Origin: Nitrospirae bacterium MYbin3
GTDB lineage: Bacteria; Nitrospirota; Thermodesulfovibrionia; Thermodesulfovibrionales; Dissulfurispiraceae
NCBI GenBank assembly: GCA_002753335.1
Contig: PEAD01000013.1
Location: forward strand, 62,001-83,795
DNA: 21,795 nucleotides
Direction of reading: 5' to 3'
This document shows positions 1 through 10,311 of the stretch, piece by piece (position 1 is the stretch's first letter; each line of letters begins with the position of its first letter). The notes below the pieces were generated by a model. The model searched no databases. It had not been told where the DNA came from and worked only from the letters and a program-made list of their open reading frames with translations. The position numbers and the translations under genes are program-made.

Positions 1-51
1 CTTCCTAAAATAATGGAGCGCGGAAGAATGGTGGAACGTGAGTACAGATAA
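1..51 (+). CDS. 3' end of upstream gene (partial), probably a NapG-type ferredoxin subunit by position
   Basis: Frame +1 reads LPKIMERGRMVEREYR* to TAA at 49-51 and overlaps the napH GTG start at 38. Identity is inferred only from the usual napG-napH order. Confidence 0.45.
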   Translation, partial: LPKIMERGRMVEREYR

Positions 52-874
52 AAAACTGCCATTATCAAAGCTCAGGCGTTTGGTGATGTTCGGTATTCTT
101 ATTTTGTTTCTGCTTCAGTTTGTGAATATCAAACTCTTGGTAGGCGGACTTACAGGCTCGGCTGTGCTATGGTCTCTGAATCTCATAGATGTTTTTGCCT
201 ACATTGAGAGTCTTGTTGCATCGCTTGATTTTACGAAAGAGTCTTTTATCGCGGTGCTTGCGGTGTCAGGGCTCTATCTGATTTTCGGAAGGGCTTTCTG
301 CGGATGGGTATGCCCGATGGATTTTCTATATGAAATTATTGATCGTGTTAAGAAGCCCCAATTATCAGGATTGCAGAAGATTTCAGCAAAGATACCTCCT
401 CAGACCGGATATATCATTGCGGCCTTTTTGCTGTTTGTTTCGTGTTTGATAGGCATCCCGGTTTTTTCGAACTATGCATCGCATCTGACCAATTTTTTCA
501 GGGCGCTTACAGGTGTTGTTTCTTTAATCTTGGATTTGCCGGTTGGTAAAGATGTTGTTATATATTCGATTGCGGTTATCTTATTTCTGCTGCTTTTTGA
601 GTTTTTTTTCCCTCGTCTTTGGTGCAGGGCGCTCTGTCCTGTAGGAAAGGTTTACGGTCTTTTCAATAAGGTCAGTCTTTTAAGAATAGGGTTTGTGGAG
701 GGTCGTCAGTGCGGTGAGTGTATGCTGTGTGACCAGACATGTTACATGAATGTTAAGATAGCTATGAATATAGACAAGCCGGCGCTGCGTGATTCAAACT
801 GTATATACTGCGGCAGATGCAGCGAGGGCTGCGAAACCAAGAGTCGTCTGATAAAATTAAAACTCTGGAGGTAG
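38..874 (+). CDS. napH: NapH/MauN-family polyferredoxin membrane quinol dehydrogenase subunit
   Basis: Several hydrophobic segments, two CxxxCP motifs (GRAFCGWVCP, PRLWCRALCP) and two C-terminal 4Fe-4S motifs (CGECMLCDQTC, CIYCGRCSEGC). Followed by a napD-like gene. Confidence 0.85.
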   Translation: MSTDKKLPLSKLRRLVMFGILILFLLQFVNIKLLVGGLTGSAVLWSLNLIDVFAYIESLVASLDFTKESFIAVLAVSGLYLIFGRAFCGWVCPMDFLYEIIDRVKKPQLSGLQKISAKIPPQTGYIIAAFLLFVSCLIGIPVFSNYASHLTNFFRALTGVVSLILDLPVGKDVVIYSIAVILFLLLFEFFFPRLWCRALCPVGKVYGLFNKVSLLRIGFVEGRQCGECMLCDQTCYMNVKIAMNIDKPALRDSNCIYCGRCSEGCETKSRLIKLKLWR

Positions 875-877
875 TGG

Positions 878-1156
878 ATGATTTTTTCTAGCGGATTCAT
901 AGAGGCTGATGATGACAATAGTGTACAGACGGTTATAGATGAACTTCAAAAAAGAAACATGGAGGTCACAGGGGTAAAAAATGAAAAGATAGTGTTTCTT
1001 GTTGAGCGGGAAACTACCGGAGAAGTCAAGGCAGCACTTGATTCTCTGAAAAGCATAGATGGCGTAAGGAGCGTATATCTGGCGTATTACAGCCTTGATG
1101 GAGGCGATGAAGTAGAAGGTGGAGCCGCATTTATAGAAACCGAAGCTGTTTCTTAA
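878..1156 (+). CDS. napD: NapD-family chaperone for the periplasmic nitrate reductase
   Basis: 92 aa, acidic, with a NapD-like pattern (SSGFI...EV...KIVFLVE...LKSIDGVRSVYLAY). Starts 3 bp after napH. Confidence 0.75.
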   Translation: MIFSSGFIEADDDNSVQTVIDELQKRNMEVTGVKNEKIVFLVERETTGEVKAALDSLKSIDGVRSVYLAYYSLDGGDEVEGGAAFIETEAVS

Positions 1157-1199
1157 GCGGTGTTGGCTTGTTTGAAATTGAATGTATAGCGGTGCTGTG

Positions 1200-1208
1200 T
1201 GATAAAAT
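1200..1208 (+). promoter_or_regulatory. Candidate extended -10 promoter element (TGaTAAAAT) for the chemoreceptor gene
   Basis: TGnTAAAAT about 30 nt upstream of ATG 1239. Strong SD AAGGAG just upstream of the start. Confidence 0.35.
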
Positions 1209-1238
1209 ATCCGCACCATATCTCAAAGGAGAATCAAT

Positions 1239-2780
1239 ATGAAGATAAGTGTATTGTTAAGAATAGTGCTGGCTGCATTACTCGTTTTTTCTTTGTTGAG
1301 CACAGTATCTGTTTTTTATTCATTGAACCAGATGCAGGCTGACGGAGATGTGGTCAACTATGCCGGAAGACAGAGGGCCATATCGCAGAGACTCACAAAG
1401 ATGGTTTATGCAAAGCAGCATGGCATCGACACTAGCGCCGATATTGCCAAATTCACGGGTATGCTCGACAGGATAGTAAAAGGTTTGGTTGACGGTGATG
1501 CTGAGTGGAAACTCCCTAAGGCTGATGATGAGAAATTCATAGCAAAGATGAAAGAGATGGACAGCGCATGGAAGGGCTTTAAGGAGACGGTGGCCAAGGT
1601 GGATAGTGACAAGTCCGCTCTTGAGAAGCTTTATAAAGACAGCGAAAATGTATTGAAGATAGCTGATGAAGCGACAACCCTTGCGGCCGGCGTATCCGAA
1701 GGCAAGGTCAAAGGGCTTAAGACTGTACAGGTCACACTATTTGTGATAAACCTGATAATCTTGGCTGTAGTTTTGGTGATGATACAAAAGAAGATCACCG
1801 CGCCACTTGCAGGACTTTCTGCTAAAGTTGAGGAGATAGCAAAGGGTGACCTCACCGTAACGATTGATTATTCAGGCATGGACGAGGTGGGTGTTCTGGC
1901 CTCTAATATGAACACAATGGTCGGCACGATCAAAAAGATGATCGGCGGAATAGTCAGGTCATCAAGCAATGTTGTATCGGCCGTTGATGTTTTGAAAGCT
2001 AGTTCGGAGAAGACAACCGAAGGCGCTAGAAACCAGTCGGGACAGGCGCAGCAGATAGCAGCCGCTGCCGAAGAGATGAGCCAGACTATAACAGATATCG
2101 CCCGCAACGCGTCTGTAGCTTCAGAGACATCCGCGAACGCGATGAGTGTTGCCAACAAAGGCAGCGAGGTGGCGAACGGAGCTGTAGAGACGGTCAACAG
2201 GGTTTATACTTCAACTGTGGAACTGGCGACAATGGTTGATAAACTTAACGGCAGGGTGGGAGAAATCGGAGACATAGTAAATGTCATTAAGGACATAGCT
2301 GACCAGACCAATCTGCTTGCTTTGAACGCGGCTATCGAAGCGGCTCGCGCAGGCGAACAGGGCAGGGGGTTTGCGGTTGTAGCTGACGAGGTGAGAAAGC
2401 TGGCCGAAAGGACTATCAAGGCAACTGTAGAGATTTCTGACAAGATAGGCGCGGTGCAGTTGGAGTCTGATCAGACCACAAAATCTATGGAAGAGGCTTC
2501 GGGCGAGGTGGCTAAGGCGACAGAGTTTATCAGAGAGGTCGGCGATACTCTCGGAAGCATAGTGGAGGCGGTGCATAAGGTTCGTGACCAGATAACCCAG
2601 ATAGCCACCGCTGTTGAAGAACAGTCGGCCGCATCTGAAGAAGTTGCTAAGAATATAGAAAAGACATCAAACATCGCAAGCCAGATGGAAAATATGTCCT
2701 CTAATGTCATGGATGAGGTTAATAAGCTGAACGGCATTGCCGGCGAGTTGAGGAACTCTACAACCGGCTTTAGGGTTTAG
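1239..2780 (+). CDS. Methyl-accepting chemotaxis protein with PilJ/NarX-like periplasmic sensor domain (candidate nitrate chemoreceptor)
   Basis: Architecture TM1 - sensor with [16 protein letters not shown] (P-box-like) - TM2 - HAMP - MCP signalling domain ([40 protein letters not shown]). Confidence 0.92.
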   Translation: MKISVLLRIVLAALLVFSLLSTVSVFYSLNQMQADGDVVNYAGRQRAISQRLTKMVYAKQHGIDTSADIAKFTGMLDRIVKGLVDGDAEWKLPKADDEKFIAKMKEMDSAWKGFKETVAKVDSDKSALEKLYKDSENVLKIADEATTLAAGVSEGKVKGLKTVQVTLFVINLIILAVVLVMIQKKITAPLAGLSAKVEEIAKGDLTVTIDYSGMDEVGVLASNMNTMVGTIKKMIGGIVRSSSNVVSAVDVLKASSEKTTEGARNQSGQAQQIAAAAEEMSQTITDIARNASVASETSANAMSVANKGSEVANGAVETVNRVYTSTVELATMVDKLNGRVGEIGDIVNVIKDIADQTNLLALNAAIEAARAGEQGRGFAVVADEVRKLAERTIKATVEISDKIGAVQLESDQTTKSMEEASGEVAKATEFIREVGDTLGSIVEAVHKVRDQITQIATAVEEQSAASEEVAKNIEKTSNIASQMENMSSNVMDEVNKLNGIAGELRNSTTGFRV

Positions 2781-2801
2781 CAATAATTGTAGTACAGTTA
2801 C

Positions 2802-2845
2802 TGAACCTCCCCAAGCTCTCTCTGGGGGAGGTTCACTTATTTTTC
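2802..2845. terminator. Intrinsic terminator hairpin between the convergent MCP and outer-membrane-factor genes
   Basis: Perfect 11-bp inverted repeat TGAACCTCCCC (2802-2812) / GGGGAGGTTCA (2825-2835), followed by CTTATTTTT on the + strand. Confidence 0.8.
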
Positions 2846-4261
2846 TGTCCCACCGCCCAGTGCTTTGTAGAGTGTTACCAGATTGGTAATACCGGAAAGA
2901 CGAATAGCTATTAATCCCTGCTGCGCATTATAAAGCGAGCGCTGAGAGTCCAGAACGGTCAGGTAGCTGTCGATCCCGTTTTTATAGCGCACATCAGATA
3001 GCCGATAACTCGCGGCTGAGGATTCCACAAGGGATTGCTGCGCTGCGAGTTGATCTCCAAGTGTGCCTCGCTGGGCCAGTGCATCTGCAACCTCCCTGAA
3101 CGCTGTTTGAATAGCCTTCTCATATCTGGAAAGAAAGATTTGACGGTCGATTTCTGTGACTCTTGCATTTGCTCTTATCCTGCCTGAATCGAAGATCGGC
3201 ATTGTGATTTGAGGCGCAAAGCTCCATGCCTCGTTAATCCCATTGAAAAGGGTGGACAGCTGGTCACTTGCCAGACCAATGCTGGTTGTGAGGGCGATGC
3301 GCGGGAAGAAAGCGGCTCGTGCCGCGCCAATATTGGCGTTGGATGCCTTCAACAGGTGCTCAGCCTGCATAATATCAGGGCGGCGCTGCAGAACTTCGGA
3401 GGGCAGACCTGCGCTGAGTTCTTTAAACTCGGCAATCTGACTTAGCCCAGACGGCAGGAGTTCAGGCGGCAAGTATGAGCCAACCACCAGCGCCAGTGCG
3501 TTTTCATCCTGTGCTGCTAGGCTTTTGAATCGGGCTACATCTACCCGTGCCGAATCAACAGCAGTCTGGCCTTGACGGAGGTCAAGCTCTGAAGATGCCC
3601 CTGCTTCGAAGCGGCGCTTGATGAGATTATATGAAGCCTGCCGATTCTCCAGAGTATCCTTAGCGATTTTAAGACGCTCTTTGTCCGCGGCAAGTGTCAT
3701 GTAGCTATTTGCAACTTCGGCTATCAGGCTTATATGTATGCTGCGGTGAGCCTCTTCTGTGGCTAGGAACTCCTCCAGTGCGCGGTCTTTCAGGCTTCTG
3801 ATGCGGCCAAAAAGATCGAGTTCGTATGAACTGAAACCCAGGCTGATTCCGTACTGGTGTGTTGTTATAGACTGCCCTTTATTGGAGAGCGGTCTGGGTA
3901 TTTCCTGCGCCGTACCACTCGCAGTTGCATTCACAGAAGGCAGGAGGTCTGCGCGTTGGATCTGGTACTGTGACCGCATTTTTTCGATATTTAGGGCCGC
4001 TATCTTTAAATCACGATTGTTATTCAGTGCTAGGTAGATAACCTTTATAAGCCGCTCATCGGTGAAAAAGTTTTTCCATGATACATCTGCGGCCAAATTC
4101 CCGGGCTGCTTTGTTGGTTCATTTTTGTAGGCTTCTCCTGAAGGCCATGCTTCAGGAACCGGGGCATCAGGCCGTGAATAATTCGGGGCCAAACTGAAAC
4201 ACCCTGCAAGGGTAAGCATTGCAGCAATGGCAATACTAAGGCTTATCCCCATTCGTTTCAT
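2837..4261 (-). CDS. Outer membrane efflux lipoprotein (OprM/NodT family)
   Basis: Start moved from 4333 to ATG 4261, which has SD AGGAGG and begins a signal peptide with lipobox LAGC. Family motifs SYELDLFGR, LPSEVLQRRPDI, IGAARAAFFP and LYKALGGG. Confidence 0.93.
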   Translation of the reverse strand: MKRMGISLSIAIAAMLTLAGCFSLAPNYSRPDAPVPEAWPSGEAYKNEPTKQPGNLAADVSWKNFFTDERLIKVIYLALNNNRDLKIAALNIEKMRSQYQIQRADLLPSVNATASGTAQEIPRPLSNKGQSITTHQYGISLGFSSYELDLFGRIRSLKDRALEEFLATEEAHRSIHISLIAEVANSYMTLAADKERLKIAKDTLENRQASYNLIKRRFEAGASSELDLRQGQTAVDSARVDVARFKSLAAQDENALALVVGSYLPPELLPSGLSQIAEFKELSAGLPSEVLQRRPDIMQAEHLLKASNANIGAARAAFFPRIALTTSIGLASDQLSTLFNGINEAWSFAPQITMPIFDSGRIRANARVTEIDRQIFLSRYEKAIQTAFREVADALAQRGTLGDQLAAQQSLVESSAASYRLSDVRYKNGIDSYLTVLDSQRSLYNAQQGLIAIRLSGITNLVTLYKALGGGTEK

Positions 4262-4262
4262 A

Positions 4263-7200
4263 TTAAATAACCTCCTGAATGACTTTTGGGGACGACTCCT
4301 GTTTTTTTGCGATGAGGCGTGAGACCAGAACAAAGAAGAAAGGAATGAAGATCAGGTCTATGAAAGTAGCTGAAAGAAGACCTCCTGTAACGGCTGTGCC
4401 TATAGCGTTCTGGGCTGCTGCGCCGGCGCCCTTTGTAAGCGCTAGCGGTAAGGTGCCAAAAAAGAATGCCAGTGAGGTCATGATAACAGGCCGCAGTCTT
4501 ATCTTTATCGCTGTTAGTGTGGCTTCAACCAACTCGTGGCCTTGGCTCAGCTGATCCTTTATGAACTGAATGATCAATATTGCATTTTTTGTAGAAAGTC
4601 CCACCGTGGTAAGCAGCCCTATTTGCAGATAGATGTCGTTGGGCAGCACTCGCAACTTCACGGCGGTGACCGCGCCAACCAGACCAAGCGGCAGCATTAA
4701 CATATTTACAAAAGGTATTGTGATACTTTCGTACAGAGCGGCCACAGAAAGAAATACAACCAGCAGAGAGATGGCATAGAGTGCAGGCGCCTGTGCGCCG
4801 GCATTTTTTTCTTCATAAGACAGTCCGGTCCATTCGTATCCGATACCGACCGGAAGTTGTGCAACCATCTTTTCTACTTCAGCCATCGCTTCACCGGTGC
4901 TTACCCCAGGCGCTGCCTGCCCCAGTAGCTCTACGGACGGGATGCCGTTATAGCGTTCAAGCCGCGGTGAGCCATACTGCCAGCGCGCGGTTGAAAAGGC
5001 TGAGAACGGTACCATGTCGCCTTTTTTATTGCTTACATACCAGCGGTTGATGTCTTCAGGGAGCATCCTGTATTTGGCGTCTGACTGGAGAAAAACCTTC
5101 TTGACCCTTCCGTTCTGGATAAAATCGTTTACGTACGCGCTTCCCCAGGCTGTGGCTAGCACGTTGTTGATATCCGAGAGAGAGACGCCAAGGGCACCGG
5201 CCCTCACATCATCAATATCCAATTTGAACTGTGGCGAATCATCCTGTCCATTGGGACGAACCGCGATCAGTTTCGGATTTTTCATTGCCATGCCAAGGAG
5301 CTGGTTGCGTGCCTCCATAAGCTTTTCATGCCCCAGTCCGCCCCGGTCCTGCAGCTGAATATCAAATCCGTTTGCAACACCGAGCTCCAATACCGCCGGT
5401 GGTGAAAAGGCGAAGGCCATACCGTCCTTAATTTTCGAAAATGACTTCATTGCCCGGCCTGCAATTGCCGGCGCTTTAAGGTCAGGTGTTTTGCGCAGGT
5501 TCCAGTGCTTCAGCTTTACCCACGCCAGCCCCATGTTCTGGCCACGGCCTGCAAAACTGAATCCGGCCACAGTGATGATTCCCTCAACTGTTTTGCTTTC
5601 ATCTTCTATGAAGTGGCGCTCAATCTGGCGCAGCGTCTGTATGGTTCTCTCCTGTGTAGCGCCTGCAGGCAGCTGGACCTGGCAGATAAGAAATCCCTGG
5701 TCTTCATCAGGCAGGAAAGAGGTGGGGAGATTCAGAAAAAAATAGACCATGGCCGCAACTATCAAGCTGTATATGATCAAATAGCGTATCGGTTTGCCAA
5801 AGGACCGGCCGACTACCCCTTCATATTTTTCCCTGCTGCGGTCAAAAAGATTGTTGAACCTGCAGAAGAACCCTTTTAACCAGCCTGCATCACCGGGATG
5901 GCAGCCTCTTTCGATAGGCTTCAGCATGGTGGCGCAGAGTGCCGGGGTAAGAATCATAGCCACTAATACCGACAGAATCATGGCAGAGATAATCGTTATC
6001 GAGAACTGGCGGTATATGACGCCGGTAGAGCCTCCGAAAAAGGCCATCGGCAGAAAGACGGCAGTCAGCACGGTGGCAATACCCCAGAGGGCGCTCGTGA
6101 TCTGCCCCATGGACTTGATGGTGGCGTCGCGGGGCGACAACCCCTCTTCGGACATGATACGCTCCACATTCTCAACTACGACAATAGCGTCGTCCACTAG
6201 AAGTCCGATTACTATGACAAGTGCGAACATGGTCAGAGTGTTGATCGAAAAACCTGCGGCTGCCAGCACGCCCATAGTGCCCAGAAGCACGACCGGCACA
6301 GCAATGGTCGGGATCAGGGTCGCCCTGAAGTTCTGCAGGAAGAGGTACATGATCAGAAAGACTAGACATATCGCCACTGCAAGCGTCTCGACAACTTCAT
6401 TGATAGAGATTTTCACAAAAGGGGTGGAGTCGTAAGGATAGACCACCTTCATACCTTTCGGGAAATATTTGGATAACTCTGCCATCTTTGCCTTTACCCG
6501 ATCACCTGTTTCAAGCGCGTTAGCTCCGGCAGCAAGGCGGACAGCCATCCCTCCTAAGGGTTTGCCGTTGTAAAAAGACTTTAGTTCATAGCTCTCGGTA
6601 CCGATTCTGCTTTCAGCAACATCTTTGAGCCTTACTGTGGAACCGTCGGTGTTTGTGCGCAGGATAATGGCATCGAACTGATCGTTTGTCTGCAACAGGG
6701 CGCGGGCGTTGATGGTCGCGTTTAGCTGCTGTCCCGGCGTGGCAGGATTGCCGCCGAACTGTCCGGCCGAAACCTGGACATTCTGGGACTGCAGCGCTGC
6801 TATTACGTCATTGGTGGTCATGTGAAAGTTGTTCAGTTTTGCCGGATTAAGCCATATCCTCATAGCGTTTTGGGTGCCGAACAGCATTAACTCCCCTACG
6901 CCGTCAAGGCGGCTGATGATGTCCTGTAGATTGGAAACCATATAGTCGGTCAGGGCATTGCGGTCCATCGAGCCGTCTTCAGATACAAGCCCTATAATAA
7001 GCAGGAAATTCCTTGTGGATTTGACCACCTGTATGCCCTGCCGCTGTACGATCTGCGGCAGCAGCGGCACGGCAAGTTGCAGCTTGTTCTGGACCTGCAC
7101 CTGCGCGATGTTGGGGTCAGTACCTGCCTTGAATGTCAGGGTAATCGAGACCGCCCCGGCCGAGTCGCTCGTTGAAGACATGTATATCAGGTTGTCAATA

Positions 7201-7412
7201 CCGTTTAGTTTCTGCTCTATCACCTGTGTGACCGTATCCTGGACTGTCTGTGCTGATGCGCCGGGATAATTAGCGTTAATCGCAATCTGCGGCGGCGCTA
7301 TTGCCGGATACTGCGAGACCGGAAGCGTTTTTATCGAAAGCAGACCGGCCAGCATAACCATGATGGCGATAACCCAAGCGAATATCGGGCGGTTTATGAA
7401 AAATTTAGGCAT
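4263..7412 (-). CDS. acrB: RND (HAE1) multidrug efflux permease, AcrB/MexB family
   Basis: 1049 aa, N-terminus [17 protein letters not shown]. Proton-relay motifs [26 protein letters not shown] and [12 protein letters not shown] are intact. Confidence 0.95.
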   Translation of the reverse strand: MPKFFINRPIFAWVIAIMVMLAGLLSIKTLPVSQYPAIAPPQIAINANYPGASAQTVQDTVTQVIEQKLNGIDNLIYMSSTSDSAGAVSITLTFKAGTDPNIAQVQVQNKLQLAVPLLPQIVQRQGIQVVKSTRNFLLIIGLVSEDGSMDRNALTDYMVSNLQDIISRLDGVGELMLFGTQNAMRIWLNPAKLNNFHMTTNDVIAALQSQNVQVSAGQFGGNPATPGQQLNATINARALLQTNDQFDAIILRTNTDGSTVRLKDVAESRIGTESYELKSFYNGKPLGGMAVRLAAGANALETGDRVKAKMAELSKYFPKGMKVVYPYDSTPFVKISINEVVETLAVAICLVFLIMYLFLQNFRATLIPTIAVPVVLLGTMGVLAAAGFSINTLTMFALVIVIGLLVDDAIVVVENVERIMSEEGLSPRDATIKSMGQITSALWGIATVLTAVFLPMAFFGGSTGVIYRQFSITIISAMILSVLVAMILTPALCATMLKPIERGCHPGDAGWLKGFFCRFNNLFDRSREKYEGVVGRSFGKPIRYLIIYSLIVAAMVYFFLNLPTSFLPDEDQGFLICQVQLPAGATQERTIQTLRQIERHFIEDESKTVEGIITVAGFSFAGRGQNMGLAWVKLKHWNLRKTPDLKAPAIAGRAMKSFSKIKDGMAFAFSPPAVLELGVANGFDIQLQDRGGLGHEKLMEARNQLLGMAMKNPKLIAVRPNGQDDSPQFKLDIDDVRAGALGVSLSDINNVLATAWGSAYVNDFIQNGRVKKVFLQSDAKYRMLPEDINRWYVSNKKGDMVPFSAFSTARWQYGSPRLERYNGIPSVELLGQAAPGVSTGEAMAEVEKMVAQLPVGIGYEWTGLSYEEKNAGAQAPALYAISLLVVFLSVAALYESITIPFVNMLMLPLGLVGAVTAVKLRVLPNDIYLQIGLLTTVGLSTKNAILIIQFIKDQLSQGHELVEATLTAIKIRLRPVIMTSLAFFFGTLPLALTKGAGAAAQNAIGTAVTGGLLSATFIDLIFIPFFFVLVSRLIAKKQESSPKVIQEVI

Positions 7413-7423
7413 GATGGTATCCT

Positions 7424-8650
7424 CTATTTATTTGCAGGCATAGCTTTTTGAGCGCTCGGAGCTGGAGTCTCATTCGCCTTGCCTCCGAACGGAACAGCCT
7501 TCACAGGTGTTCCGGGGCGGGCCTTTTGCAGCCCCTCAAGTATGACACGGTCGCCTGCTTTCAGTCCGTCACTCACCAACCAATTATCGCCGACAGTCCT
7601 GACGACCTTAATGACCTGCGGCTCGACCTTTTCTTCGCTGCCGACAAGCATAACCATGGCATTGCCTGCCTGGTTGCGTGTAACTCCTCTCTGAGGTACC
7701 AAAATGGCATGCTCGTTTACACCTTCTTCCATGTGAGCTCGTACAAACATACCCGGCAGCAGGATATGTTTGGGGTTTGGAAATATCGCGCGGAGCGTTA
7801 TCGAGCCGGTGCTTGGGTCAACGGTGATTTCGGAAAACTTAAGTGTGCCGCTCAGCGGATAGGCGCTGCCGTCTTCCAGAATCAAGCTGACTTTTGCCTG
7901 TGATGATTTATTATTTTTAAGCATCCCATTGGCGAGGTTTTGTTTCAGGCGCAGCAGTTCTGAGCTGGACTGCGTGACATCCACATATATTGAACTGATC
8001 TCCTGTATGGTGGCCAGAGCAGCGGGCTGATTGGCAGTGACCAGAGCGCCTTCTGTTACGGATGATCTGCCGATGCGTCCGGATATAGGGGCGGTCACTT
8101 TAGTATAGGCCAGATTAATCCGCGCAGTCTCTAATGCTGCCTTGGCAGCCTCTATATCAGCCTCAGCCAGTTTAAGCGCGGCGCTTATGTCATCAAAGTC
8201 CTGCTGACTGACCGCATTGATTTTTACAAGTTCACGATATCGTTCTGATTTCAGCCGGATCGGGTTGAGGTTGGCTTCAGACTTCGCAAGAGATGCCTTT
8301 GCGCTGTTATAGGCGGCTTGGTATGCAGCAGGATCTATCTGATAGAGTACCTCACCCGCTTTTACATCAGCGCCTTCTGTGAACAGCCGCTTCTGGATTA
8401 TGCCGCTTACCTGCGGTCTCACTTCTGCAGTAAGATATGCGGAGGTGCGGCCTGAGAGTTCTGTTGTAAGCGCTGCGCGCTGCGGCTGAACCGTAATAAC
8501 TCCCACCTCTGGAATAGGCGGTGCTGGCGGAGCTGCATTGGAGCTTTGATTCTTGCATGCAGTGGAAAACATTGCGGTGCATATAATAGCCAAGACAAAT
8601 GTAAGTTTTATTTTGCCTTTGGTCGTCAAGTAAATCTTTGAGAATATCAT
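7424..8650 (-). CDS. acrA: RND periplasmic adaptor (membrane fusion protein), AcrA/MexA family
   Basis: Motifs [30 protein letters not shown] and LLPGMFVR, with a lipoprotein-like Cys (STAC). Start moved from 8731 to ATG 8650, which has SD AAGGAG. Confidence 0.92.
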   Translation of the reverse strand: MIFSKIYLTTKGKIKLTFVLAIICTAMFSTACKNQSSNAAPPAPPIPEVGVITVQPQRAALTTELSGRTSAYLTAEVRPQVSGIIQKRLFTEGADVKAGEVLYQIDPAAYQAAYNSAKASLAKSEANLNPIRLKSERYRELVKINAVSQQDFDDISAALKLAEADIEAAKAALETARINLAYTKVTAPISGRIGRSSVTEGALVTANQPAALATIQEISSIYVDVTQSSSELLRLKQNLANGMLKNNKSSQAKVSLILEDGSAYPLSGTLKFSEITVDPSTGSITLRAIFPNPKHILLPGMFVRAHMEEGVNEHAILVPQRGVTRNQAGNAMVMLVGSEEKVEPQVIKVVRTVGDNWLVSDGLKAGDRVILEGLQKARPGTPVKAVPFGGKANETPAPSAQKAMPANK

Positions 8651-8748
8651 TTGAGTTTCTCCTTGTTTCGAGATAGAAAATTTTATTTTAAAATATATCG
8701 TAAATAATATGTATGAATTATAGTTTTTCATTATGTCAATTTGTCTGA

Positions 8749-8777
8749 TTGATAATTATTTTCTCTAATGGTATTCT
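8749..8777 (+). promoter_or_regulatory. Candidate sigma-70 promoter for the pyk operon (TTGATA-17-TATTCT, TG extension), overlapped by a Fur-box-like sequence
   Basis: -35 at 8749-8754, TG at 8769-8770, -10 at 8772-8777. TGATAAT-T-ATTTTCT at 8750-8764. Lies in an AT-rich divergent intergenic region. Confidence 0.4.
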
Positions 8778-8786
8778 TTTCAGACT

Positions 8787-10304
8787 ATGAAAAAAACAAC
8801 TATCAATAAAAATTCAATCGCTTCTGCTATGGATGTCAGCGGCAAAGAGCTGTTCAGCATAGACCTGCACCATAAATATCTCTTTTTCAGAAGAACCAGA
8901 ATTGTGGCCACAATCGGCCCTGCAACTTCGTCCCCTGCTATGATCAGAAAGCTTATAGTCGGCGGATTGAATGTGGCGAGGATCAACTTTTCACACGGAA
9001 ACCATGAGGATCATCTTAAGGTAATACGCACGATCAGAAAAATATCGGGTGAACTGCGGAAGACCGTGGCTATAATGGGCGATCTTTGCGGCCCCAAGGT
9101 CAGGGTTGGTGAATTCAAGGGCGGCTCGATAATTTTAAAAGATAACTCTACCATAAACATTACTGCCGAGAAATGCATAGGCGATGAAACTACTATTCCG
9201 TCGCAATATAAGCGGATAGTGAGCGAAGCCTCTGTGGGTGCCCGTATTTTGCTGGATGACGGGAATCTTGAGCTGAAGGTTATTTCGAAAAGCGATAAGA
9301 TGCTTAAGGCCAAAATCCTTAGGGGCGGTGTGCTTAAGAACCATAAGGGAATGAACCTTCCTGATACAGAGATGAAGATTTCTGCGCTGACCGAAAAGGA
9401 CAAAAAAGATCTGGTTTGCTGCATAAAGGGCGGGGTTGATTATGTAGCTCTCTCTTTTGTTAGAGCAGTATCCGATATAGCCGAGTTAAAGAATTTATTG
9501 AACCGCAACAAATCAGATATAGGAGTTATTGCCAAGATCGAAAAGCCTGAAGCTCTTGAAAATATCAATGAGATAGTTTCTCTTGCTGATGGCATTATGA
9601 TAGCGAGGGGAGATCTCGGAGTTGAACTACCGGCCAAGAAAGTCCCGCTTATACAGAACAAGCTTATAGAGATCGCAAACCTGCACAACAAGCCGGTTAT
9701 AGTTGCCACTCAGATGCTCGAAAGCATGATAGAACATTCCCGGCCTACAAGGGCCGAGGTGACTGATGTTGCTGCCGCCTGTTTATCTGGGGCAGATGCT
9801 GTTATGCTTTCTGCAGAAACCGCATCCGGAAAATATCCTTAAAGAACCTTTGAAATGATGGACTCGATACTTCGTGAAACCGAGGCATATCAGTTTTTTG
9901 CGCGAGGAGGCTTGTTTAAAGGCACAGCGCACTGCAGGGACAGCCACCTGCAAAACGCATTAAGCACCTCAATAGCTCAGCTTTCTAGAGACTTGATGGT
10001 CAGATGCATATTCGTGCCAAGTCTTTCGGGCACAACAGCAAGCGCTATTTCTTCAGACCGTCCTGCTGCTCCGATTTTTGTCCTTACATCGTCAGAGAAA
10101 GTTTGCAGAAAGCTTGAGCTTCTATGGGGAGTATTCTCTCACCTTGTGGACAAGAAGCTGAAAGAAAGTGATTATGTGGCGTACGGAGAAGCTCTTTTGA
10201 AAAAGATGGGGCTTGCAAAACAGGGAGACTTTATCCTGATGCTTTCCAAGATAGGAAAAGCAGGAACCGACACAAAGGCTATAACTATACACAAGATTAA
10301 TTGA
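8787..10304 (+). pseudogene. pyk: Pyruvate kinase interrupted by one in-frame TAA at 9840-9842 (pseudogene, split gene or sequencing error)
   Basis: Motifs [51 protein letters not shown] and [15 protein letters not shown]. The same frame continues after TAA as RTFEMMDSILRETE into a PK C-terminal domain (SGTTASAISSDRP, LLWGV). Confidence 0.85.
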
Positions 10305-10311
10305 TTATAAA

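Noticed and set aside
1406..2737. Series of minus-strand ORFs antisense to the chemoreceptor
   Set aside because: Shadow ORFs of a well-supported gene, with no motifs or RBS.
4262..4333. Longer N-terminus for the outer membrane factor (and 8651-8731 for the adaptor) as given by the ORF track
   Set aside because: Downstream ATGs at 4261 and 8650 have clear SD sequences and give proper signal peptides.
3209..7903. Many plus-strand ORFs (up to 213 aa) inside the RND operon
   Set aside because: Antisense shadows of oprM/acrB/acrA-like genes with no recognisable domains.
9840..9842. Stop-codon reassignment, selenocysteine or pyrrolysine explanation for the pyk stop
   Set aside because: The codon is TAA, not TGA or TAG, and TAA terminates several other intact genes here (napD, the FAD oxidoreductase, the GGR-like gene, rubredoxin).
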